From: Betaproteobacteria bacterium
GTDB taxonomy: Bacteria > Pseudomonadota > Gammaproteobacteria > Burkholderiales > SG8-39
DNA: 42,832 nucleotides
Direction: 5' to 3'
Assembly: GCA_032125995.1 (NCBI GenBank)
Contig: JAQBBQ010000139.1
Coordinates: forward strand, 1-42,832
This document shows positions 1-6,977 of the stretch, one piece after another. Each line of letters opens with the position of its first letter. Position 1 is the first letter of the stretch. The notes under the pieces are model-generated. The model did no database searches. It was given only the letters and a program-made list of their open reading frames with translations, and was not told the DNA's origin. A program made the position numbers and the translations under genes.

Positions 1-528
1 GCGTACCAGCTTGCGCAGCGCCAAGGCATCGAGGTGGTGGGGCTCACGTCGGCGGCCAATGTCGATTTCTGCAACAGCTTGGGGCTGTACCACCGTGTAC
101 TGCGCTACGACCAGCTCAACCAGGTCGTCGCCGAAGCACCCTGCGTGTTTGTAGACTTCGCCGGCAACGTCGCGCTGCGGAAGGCTATTCACACGCGATT
201 TTCGGATCTGAAATACAGCTGCTCGATTGGCGGCACACATGTCGACCGGCTCGGCGGCGCACGCGACCTTCCCGGCCCGCCGGCCACGCTGTTCTTCGCG
301 CCGGCGCAGGCGAAGAAGCGCACCGCCGACCTGGGCGGGGCAGAGTTCGGCAAGCGGTTGGTACACGCATGGCAAGTCTTCGCCAAGCAGGTAGTTTCAA
401 CCACACCACCGTGGATCACTGTGCAGCACCACTACGGGCCGCAGGCCGTGCAGGCCGCCTATGCGCAGGTGCTGGCCGGCCACGGCGACCCACGCGTCGG
501 CCACATCCTGTCATTGGCCAAGACCTAG
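1..528 (+). CDS. DUF2855-family protein, 5'-truncated by the window edge
   Basis: Frame open from base 1 (AYQLAQRQGIEVVGLTSAANVDFC...FVDFAGN...FFAPAQ...GHILSL). Motifs recognised as the C-terminal half of DUF2855 proteins. Confidence 0.7.
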   Translation, partial: AYQLAQRQGIEVVGLTSAANVDFCNSLGLYHRVLRYDQLNQVVAEAPCVFVDFAGNVALRKAIHTRFSDLKYSCSIGGTHVDRLGGARDLPGPPATLFFAPAQAKKRTADLGGAEFGKRLVHAWQVFAKQVVSTTPPWITVQHHYGPQAVQAAYAQVLAGHGDPRVGHILSLAKT

Positions 529-716
529 GTGGCGCGCGCGCGATAACCAGCGACGAAGCGCGGCGACTTTAGCGGGGCGGTTTAATACCGCGATCTGCAA
601 GGTTCCGACGTTGCTGAATGACTGCGATGGGTCGGTAACGTCCGGTCCCGATTGATGGTTACCGGCCGAGAGTGGTCACTGAAATAATATGGCGCTTGCC
701 ATTGTGCTCCGGCAGG

Positions 717-816
717 AAGCGCCTCGCCAAGACGGTTGATCAGCGTCGCAAGGTACTTGTGCTGCTCGTCCAACAGCGGCACGCCGAGGGTACGGCTTTC
801 GTTCCACTCGAAAAAA
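717..816 (-). pseudogene. Bacteriohemerythrin N-terminal fragment, probably the detached C-terminal domain of the upstream GGDEF gene
   Basis: Reads FFEWNESRTLGVPLLDEQHKYLATLINRLGEAL, matching the hemerythrin W-x(5-6)-G-x3-D-x-QH start motif. Later iron ligands are absent. Separated from the GGDEF ORF by a TAG (854-856) and a frameshift at the A7/T7 run (811-817). Confidence 0.7.
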
Positions 817-853
817 ATGGCAGCCTGAGTGGCCCCACGATGTCCGGGTCGCG

Positions 854-1759
854 CTAGCTGGCCACCTTGAAGCACTTGCCGCCGGCACGCTTGGCAGCGT
901 ACATGGCGCCGTCGGCGTCCGCCACAAGGGTATCTATATCCTTGCCGTTGGCCGGATAGAGCGCGATACCGATACTGATGCCGACCTGGCAGGACTGCTC
1001 GGCAACGACCACCGGCGCGTTGAACGCAAGCACCATGCGCTTGGCTACGATCGCCGCATCCTCGGCGCTTGTGGTCCGAGCCAGGATGGCGGAAAACTCG
1101 TCGCCGCCGATGCGCGCCACGGTATCGCCCTCGCGCGAGGCGGCGCGCAGGCGCTTGGCCGCAACCTGGAGCAGCGCGTCACCCGTCTCGTGGCCAAACC
1201 GGTCGTTCACGTGCTTGAATCCGTCCAGATCGGCGACCAGGATGGCGAACGCGCCGCTGTGTCGGCGCGCATCGACCAGCGTCTGGCGCAGGCGGTCGAA
1301 GAACAGCGCCCGGTTGGGCAGCTCAGTGAGCGCGTCGCGGAACGCGAGGTAGGAACGCTTGGTCAGGGCGCGGCGCTGCTCCGTGACGTCGCTGACCGTG
1401 ATCACCGCGCCGGCGCCCCCCGGCAGGTCGAACGCAGAGCTGGCGAGCTCGCCGTCGAACAGGCTGCCGTCGGCGCGCACCCCACGAAAGGCGGTGGGCG
1501 GCGCTTCGGCACCGGGCGTCTCGTCGAGTACCCCGGCGAGCATTTCACGATCTTCGGCCGCCACCAGGTCGAGAAAGCGCCTTCCGGTCGCGGCGTTGGG
1601 CTCAAGCCCGAACATGGCGAGCAGCGCGGGGCTTGCCCAGATTACCAGCGCGTGGCGCAGTACCGCCACCGCCAGTTCGCGGCGCTTAACGAGTCCGGCG
1701 AGAGCCGCCTGGGGGAGCGAAGGTTGCATAGGTAAAACGTAATCTAATCGACTCCGCAA
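854..1759 (-). CDS. PAS-GGDEF diguanylate cyclase (alternative start ATG 1729)
   Basis: PAS-like N-terminus, D-x-LTELPNR, DLDGFKHVNDRFGHETGD, I-site REGD five residues before an intact GGDEF, ADGAMYAAK. Confidence 0.9.
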   Translation of the reverse strand: MRSRLDYVLPMQPSLPQAALAGLVKRRELAVAVLRHALVIWASPALLAMFGLEPNAATGRRFLDLVAAEDREMLAGVLDETPGAEAPPTAFRGVRADGSLFDGELASSAFDLPGGAGAVITVSDVTEQRRALTKRSYLAFRDALTELPNRALFFDRLRQTLVDARRHSGAFAILVADLDGFKHVNDRFGHETGDALLQVAAKRLRAASREGDTVARIGGDEFSAILARTTSAEDAAIVAKRMVLAFNAPVVVAEQSCQVGISIGIALYPANGKDIDTLVADADGAMYAAKRAGGKCFKVAS

Positions 1760-1967
1760 CCAGCGTGTTGCAAAAGTGGTGTCGCAAAAACTGCGCTTGT
1801 GGACCGCGTGGACCTACAGGCCTGCGAACATTGCGCTTTCCGTCCGATGCGGCGGAAGGTTCTTACCGAAATTTACGATTCACGCTGCCCCTGAATTCCA
1901 GTTGCGGCAATGGCCTCGATGGTGCTTCTCAGGCAGCGCGTCAGGTTTGGAGCGCAATTTCCGCGCG

Positions 1968-2278
1968 ATGAGTGCCAGCGCGCATGAGATAAATGGCGAC
2001 GGCGCGTGCGTTCCGGGCGCCCAAGGGGCGCGGGGGCGTGCGCCGGCACGTGCATGGGGCACAGGCCACGCGTGACCGGCGCCGCACAAGACTGCCATCT
2101 GTCGGCCCCAAGCGCGCGCTCCAGGAAATGCCGCCGCGCAAGCACCAGCGCATTATCAATTTGTCCTCGGTCGCCAGGCTGAACGACAGCTGCGGCGGCG
2201 CGTTTTCTTGCCGCCGACGCCGCGAACAACATCAACGGGCACAGGTTCGTCGTGGACGGCGGTTGGCGGGCGAAGTAG
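1968..2278 (+). pseudogene. Decayed short-chain dehydrogenase/reductase (SDR)
   Basis: Fragments in different frames: KRALQEMPPRKHQRIINLSSVARLN (SDR beta5/Ser region) and FLAADAANNINGHRFVVDGGWRAK* (SDR C-terminus). The YxxxK segment between them is missing. Confidence 0.65.
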
Positions 2279-2367
2279 TCGCGGCGGTTTCGCGCGCGGC
2301 GGCTGGACACTGCACATCCGCCCCTGTAGTCTGTTCGATCATCACCTACCGCACGAAGAATTAGGAA

Positions 2368-3033
2368 ATGTTCAAGGCGCAGGTCACGGTGCTGCCGAAA
2401 AAAACGAGCGACACCGTGATGGTAGTCGACGATCAGTCGACCAGCCGCGCCATTCTCGAGCAGGTCGTGCGCAGCCTGGACGAGCGCGTACAGGTGAGCG
2501 CCTTCGCGCGCCCGGTCGATGCGCTGATGTGGGCGACACGGCACGTCACAGACCTTGTGCTGGTCGATTACCTGATGCCGGACATGAACGGCATCGAGTT
2601 CGTCAAGCGCCTGCGTGGGCTACTGGGCTACGAGAACGTGCCGATCCTGATGGTGACGGTGCACGATGCGCGCGACGTGCGCTACGCGGCGCTCGACGCC
2701 GGAATTACCGACGTGCTGTCGAAGCCGGTCGACGTGCGAGAGTGCATGGCACGCTGCCGCAACCTGCTTACGCTGCGCCGCCAACAATTCGCGCTCGAGG
2801 ATCGGCAGCGCCTGCTCGAGGAGGTGGTGCGGCAATCCGTGCGCGAGGCGCACGCCCGTGAGCTCGAGAAAGAAACCCTGATGCAGCTCGCACGCGGCGC
2901 CAACACCCGCAACGAGTCGGGACCTGGTTACGTGTTCTCGCGCATGCCGCGCTACGTGCGTGCGTTCATCTCCTCCAGACCCATCGGCCAGTTCCGCCCG
3001 CGGCGCAAGATCGCCGGGCGCACGGCTGGCTGA
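2368..3033 (+). CDS. RpfG-like response regulator (REC domain plus linker; HD-GYP output domain truncated or absent)
   Basis: VMVVDD...DLVLVDYLMPDMNG...ILMVT...KP receiver motifs. RCRNLLTLRRQQ linker and a degenerate start of HD-GYP (KETLMQLAR...RMPRY), then unrelated sequence and a stop. Confidence 0.75.
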   Translation: MFKAQVTVLPKKTSDTVMVVDDQSTSRAILEQVVRSLDERVQVSAFARPVDALMWATRHVTDLVLVDYLMPDMNGIEFVKRLRGLLGYENVPILMVTVHDARDVRYAALDAGITDVLSKPVDVRECMARCRNLLTLRRQQFALEDRQRLLEEVVRQSVREAHARELEKETLMQLARGANTRNESGPGYVFSRMPRYVRAFISSRPIGQFRPRRKIAGRTAG

Positions 3034-3179
3034 GCGTTCGCGACCCACCTCGGGCAGCCGGCAGCGTCCCGCGTCGCTCAGGCCTCGGCTGGCCATGATG
3101 CGATCGACGGCGATGCCGTGAAAGCATGTTCTTCGACGGATTCGTGCTCGAGAAAGTGCGCGTTCGCGATAGCGAGCTG

Positions 3180-3270
3180 CGCCTCAACCAACGTCCCAGG
3201 AAGACCTTGGGCTTTGAAACACCTGCCGATAGACTAAGGGCGGCCTTGCGTTGACCGGGCGAACCCGTCC
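3180..3270 (+). mobile_element. IS30-family remnant: last ~25 transposase codons plus right-end-like sequence
   Basis: Translates RLNQRPRKTLGFETPADRLRAALR*, the typical IS30 C-terminal LN-x-RPRK-x-LG-x2-TP motif. Followed by GCGTTGACCGGGCGAACCCG, which resembles IS30-family right ends. Confidence 0.75.
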
Positions 3271-3290
3271 CCGGTAGGTGCTACTGCTTT

Positions 3291-3310
3291 AGCCCTTATC
3301 CGTAAGGGCT
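3291..3310. repeat. Perfect 8-bp inverted repeat AGCCCTTA-tccg-TAAGGGCT
   Basis: Read directly; lies in the AT-rich stretch between the IS remnant and tRNA-Leu. Confidence 0.6.
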
Positions 3311-3410
3311 TCTTGCGTTTACAGGCCGTTCCGTTAGGCCTCTATTCACCCCTTCTTTCACCGGCGCTCAAAAGAAAGCAGACCGAACCATAGCGATGAT
3401 GGCTATACAG

Positions 3411-3489
3411 GGACTAGATCGAGGACTAAGCGCTTTCATTAAACATAGAATTCACATCATAAACAATACGTAACTATCTGTTTTTATGA
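3411..3489 (-). other. Putative att-flanking region of an island at tRNA-Leu 3' end
   Basis: AT-rich. The minus strand just after CCA reads AAACAGATAGTTA (1 mismatch to IHF WATCARNNNNTTR). GGACTA direct repeat at 3411 and 3423. Confidence 0.45.
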
Positions 3490-3576
3490 TGGTGCCCGGG
3501 GCGGGACTCGAACCCGCACGACCTTTCGGTCAGGGGATTTTAAGTCCCCTGCGGCTACCGATTACGCCACCCGGGC
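3490..3576 (-). tRNA. tRNA-Leu(TAA)
   Basis: GCCCGGG acceptor stem, anticodon arm GGGGA-CTTAAAA-TCCCC, long variable arm, GTTCGAGTC T-loop, encoded CCA; 87 nt. Confidence 0.97.
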
Positions 3577-3594
3577 GGTCTGCGAAAAAACGAT

Positions 3595-3668
3595 TGGAGG
3601 CTGGGGTCGGAATCGAACCGGCGTCCACGGCTTTGCAGGCCGCTGCATGACCACTCTGCCACCCAGCC
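3595..3668 (-). tRNA. tRNA-Cys(GCA)
   Basis: GGCTGGG acceptor, anticodon loop CTGCAAA, GTTCGATTC, CCA; 74 nt. Confidence 0.97.
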
Positions 3669-3785
3669 GGGGTGCGGCGCTCAAGCTAAGCGAGCACCGG
3701 AAACGAAAAAGGGAAAGCCGCTGGCACTTCGGCCAGGGCACGGACGATGCCGGAGCCTACGCGCCACGGGCTTCCCCTTGTAATC

Positions 3786-3861
3786 TGGAGCGGGAAACGA
3801 GTCTCGAACTCGCGACCTCAACCTTGGCAAGGTTGCGCTCTACCAACTGAGCTATTCCCGC
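3786..3861 (-). tRNA. tRNA-Gly(GCC)
   Basis: GCGGGAATAGCTCAGTTGGTAGAGC...CTTGCCAAGG...GTTCGAGAC...CCA; 76 nt; classic pgsA-Gly-Cys-Leu cluster. Confidence 0.98.
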
Positions 3862-3874
3862 GCGCTGCGGTCGG

Positions 3875-3904
3875 ATTATAAGCCGTACCCCGACGCGGCC
3901 TCAA
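3875..3904 (-). promoter_or_regulatory. sigma70 promoter of the tRNA Gly-Cys-Leu operon
   Basis: TTGAGG-N18-TATAAT followed by a GC-rich discriminator, 13 nt upstream of tRNA-Gly. Confidence 0.65.
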
Positions 3905-4473
3905 CCGGGCGTGGATGCGTCGGGCATCGCCCGGCGCAGGTAGTACAGCATCGAGATGACCGTCAGGATGGCCGAGATATTGATCAGCAGCGTACCCAGC
4001 CACTGGCAATCGAGCACGCCAAACAGCGGCTCGTGGAACAGCAGCAGCGGTATCGCGATCATCTGCAGCGTGGTCTTCACCTTGCCGACGAATGCGACGG
4101 CGACGCTGCGCGCCCGTCCGACCCGCGCCATCCATTCGCGCAACGCCGAGATCGCAAGTTCGCGTCCAATAATGATGAGGGCGATGACCGCATCCACTCT
4201 GCCGAGTTGCAGCAGTATGATCAACGCACCGACCACGATCAGCTTGTCGGCGACCGGGTCGAGAAACGCGCCGAACGCAGACATCTGATCGAGCGCGCGA
4301 GCCAGGTAACCGTCGAGCCAGTCGGTGACCGCAGCAAACACGAAGATGGCGGTCGCCGTCATATTCTTCGCCTCGGGCGACAGCCAGGAATCCGGCAGAT
4401 AGAACACGCCGACGATCAGCGGAATCAATACGATTCGCAGCCAGGTGACCAGATTGGGCCAATTCAGCGGCAT
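3901..4473 (-). CDS. pgsA: CDP-diacylglycerol--glycerol-3-phosphate 3-phosphatidyltransferase
   Basis: PN-x-VTWLRI, TDWLDGYLAR, FGAFLDPVADK CDP-alcohol motif; uvrC-pgsA-tRNA synteny. Confidence 0.97.
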   Translation of the reverse strand: MPLNWPNLVTWLRIVLIPLIVGVFYLPDSWLSPEAKNMTATAIFVFAAVTDWLDGYLARALDQMSAFGAFLDPVADKLIVVGALIILLQLGRVDAVIALIIIGRELAISALREWMARVGRARSVAVAFVGKVKTTLQMIAIPLLLFHEPLFGVLDCQWLGTLLINISAILTVISMLYYLRRAMPDASTPG

Positions 4474-4488
4474 ACCGGAATCCTATGC

Positions 4489-6315
4489 CTAACCCGTCGC
4501 CTGCCCGTGCAAATGTCGGTGGATGCGTTCGGCGATGGCTCGGCTAATACCTTCGATTTGTGCGATTTCATCGACGGCCGCAGATTGCACGCCGCGCAGT
4601 CCGCCAAAGTGCGTCAGCAGCCGCTGGCGTCGTTTGTCGCCGATACCCGGAATCTCGGCGAGCGATGACACGGTGCGGGCGCGACCCCGGCGCGCGCGAT
4701 GGCCGACGATCGCGAAGCGGTGCGCCTCATCGCGAATGCTCTGGATCAAATGCAGACCCGGGTCATGCGCCGGAAGCGTCATGCATCGCGCCTCGGCCTC
4801 CACAATCAGCTGTTCGAGCCCCGGCTTTCGCGCCGGTCCTTTGGCGACGCCGATCACGCTGATGTCGCTCATGCCGATTTCAGCGAGCGATGCGCGCGCC
4901 GCACTCACCTGCCCCTTTCCCCCGTCGATCAGGATCAAGTCAGGAATTTTCCCGCCGTCGACCGCCAGCCGCTTGTAACGCCGACGCAGCGCCTGCCGCA
5001 TCGCCGCGTAGTCGTCTCCGGGGGTCACGTCACGAATATTGAAGCGGCGGTACTCACCGTTTTGCATCGCATGCCGATCGTAGACCACGCACGAAGCGAC
5101 GGTGGCCTCGCCCATCGTGTGGCTGATGTCGAAACATTCGATGCGCTCGACCGATTCCGGCAAATCCAGCGCCTGGCGCAGTGCGGCAAGCCGACCTTCC
5201 TGTGTCGCGCGTTCGTGGGCGCGACGCGTCAGCGCGAGTTGCGCGTTCTTGCGCACCATCTCGAGCCACATCCGGCGTTCGCCCTGCTGAGGTGCAAGGA
5301 CCTGGCTGCCCTGCGGCGCCCGCGCCGCGAGCGCTTCGCCCAGCGCTTCACGGTCAACTTCATCGCTGGTCAGGATCAGGCGCGGAACCGGATGGTCGAG
5401 ATAGTGCTGTTCGAGAAACGCGGTAATGATCTCTCCCGGCATGGCACCCTCGGCGTTGGCCGGAAAGAAGCTGCGATCGCCGATATGGCGACCGCCGCGG
5501 ATCATGACGAGATTGACGCAGGCAATGCGGTCCTCGACCACGGTCGCGACGACATCGGCATCCACGCCGCGCTCGCTCTCGACGTACTGGCGCGCCTGGA
5601 CGCTTGACAACGCGCGGACCTGATCGCGGACCGCGGCCGCCTCCTCGTAGCGCCGCGCTGCCGCCGCAGCGGACATTCGATCGCTCAACGAGCGAATGAC
5701 ATCGTCTTCACGTCCTTGCAGAAACAACTCGGCATGGCGCACGTCCTGCCGATACGCTTCGGCACCGATCTGACCCGTGCAGGGCGCCGTGCAGCGTCGA
5801 ATCTGATACAGCAAGCACGGGCGCGCGCGATTCTCGAACACCGAATCCTCGCAGGTCCGCAGCCGGAATACGCGCTGCAATGTGTGAATCGCCTCGCGCA
5901 CCGCATAGGCGTGCGGGAACGGACCAAAGTAACGGCTCTCGCGTTCGCGTGCCCCTCGGTGAAAACCGATCCGCGGAACCACATGACCGCTAATCACCAG
6001 GTAGGGGTAGGACTTGTCATCGCGGAACAGAATGTTGTAGCGCGGCGCGAGGCTTTTGATCAGATTGTTCTCGAGCAGCAGCGCCTCGTCCTCGGAGCGG
6101 GTCGCCGTCACCTCAATCGAGGCAATCTGCGAAATCATCTTCTGCACGCGCGGGCTGTGCGCCGAGCGCCGGGTGAAGTAGCTGATGACGCGCTTGCGCA
6201 GGTCGCGCGCCTTGCCGACATAGAGCACCTCCCCGCCCGCACCGAGCATCCGATACACCCCGGGCAAGTGCGGCAGTCCGCGCGCGAAGGCTTTGGGCTC
6301 GAAAGTTGCGTTCAT
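4489..6315 (-). CDS. uvrC: Excinuclease ABC subunit C (start placed at ATG 6315)
   Basis: GIY-YIG (PGVYRM...YVGKA), RYNILFRDDKSYPY, ECFDISHT, IDGGKGQ, RDEAHRFAI, C-terminal HhH. Confidence 0.97.
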   Translation of the reverse strand: MNATFEPKAFARGLPHLPGVYRMLGAGGEVLYVGKARDLRKRVISYFTRRSAHSPRVQKMISQIASIEVTATRSEDEALLLENNLIKSLAPRYNILFRDDKSYPYLVISGHVVPRIGFHRGARERESRYFGPFPHAYAVREAIHTLQRVFRLRTCEDSVFENRARPCLLYQIRRCTAPCTGQIGAEAYRQDVRHAELFLQGREDDVIRSLSDRMSAAAAARRYEEAAAVRDQVRALSSVQARQYVESERGVDADVVATVVEDRIACVNLVMIRGGRHIGDRSFFPANAEGAMPGEIITAFLEQHYLDHPVPRLILTSDEVDREALGEALAARAPQGSQVLAPQQGERRMWLEMVRKNAQLALTRRAHERATQEGRLAALRQALDLPESVERIECFDISHTMGEATVASCVVYDRHAMQNGEYRRFNIRDVTPGDDYAAMRQALRRRYKRLAVDGGKIPDLILIDGGKGQVSAARASLAEIGMSDISVIGVAKGPARKPGLEQLIVEAEARCMTLPAHDPGLHLIQSIRDEAHRFAIVGHRARRGRARTVSSLAEIPGIGDKRRQRLLTHFGGLRGVQSAAVDEIAQIEGISRAIAERIHRHLHGQATG

Positions 6316-6398
6316 GGCACGGGCGAGAGCCTGCATTCTAGCGTTAGGTTCATGATTTCGTATAGAATTCCTGCCCTTTCCGAAGTTCGAGCACCACC

Positions 6399-6965
6399 AT
6401 GGCAAAAGTTCTCGCGACCGAAATTCGCGTTGGCAATCTGATCGAATGGGACAAACGCGTATGGCGCGTCCTCAAGTGCTATCACGTCCATGTCGGCGGG
6501 CGCGGGGGCGCGTTCATGCAAGTCGAAATGAAGGACATCGAGGTCGGCACGAAGGTCAATCAGCGGTTTCGAACCGATGAAAAGGTGGAGCGCGCGTTTG
6601 TCGAGCCGCGCGAGATGGCGTACCTGTACCAGGACGGCGAGAGCTACGTGTTCATGGATAAGCAGAACTACGAACAACTGCCCTTGTCGGCCGATTTCCT
6701 TGAAGGGCAATCAGACTACCTGCTGCCCAACACGGAAGTTCAGATCAATTTCCACAATGGGCGTGCCATTGGCATCGAACTGCCGCCCGCGGTCGTGTTG
6801 GCCATCGTCGACACCGAACCCGGGATTAAGAACGCCACCGCCACCACGAGCTTCAAGCCCGCTACGACGGAGACCGGGCTCGTGGTCCTGGTGCCGCCGT
6901 TCGTAAATCAAGGCGAAAAGATTCGCGTCAACACCAACGATGGCAGCTACATGGAGCGCGCCTGA
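6399..6965 (+). CDS. efp: Elongation factor P with atypical loop HVHVGGRGGAF (Arg35)
   Basis: 188 aa EF-P fold motifs: YLYQDG...FMD...YEQ, TEPGIK...KPA...TG...VPPFV..GE.I.VNT..G.Y.ERA. Confidence 0.93.
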   Translation: MAKVLATEIRVGNLIEWDKRVWRVLKCYHVHVGGRGGAFMQVEMKDIEVGTKVNQRFRTDEKVERAFVEPREMAYLYQDGESYVFMDKQNYEQLPLSADFLEGQSDYLLPNTEVQINFHNGRAIGIELPPAVVLAIVDTEPGIKNATATTSFKPATTETGLVVLVPPFVNQGEKIRVNTNDGSYMERA

Positions 6966-6977
6966 AGCTGGCGTGAA

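Noticed and set aside
811-856. Programmed readthrough plus frameshift producing a full GGDEF-hemerythrin protein
   Set aside because: It would need two recoding events, and the hemerythrin is truncated anyway; decay is the simpler explanation.
3647-3850. 67-aa ORF across the tRNA cluster
   Set aside because: Overlaps tRNA-Cys and tRNA-Gly on the opposite strand; spurious.
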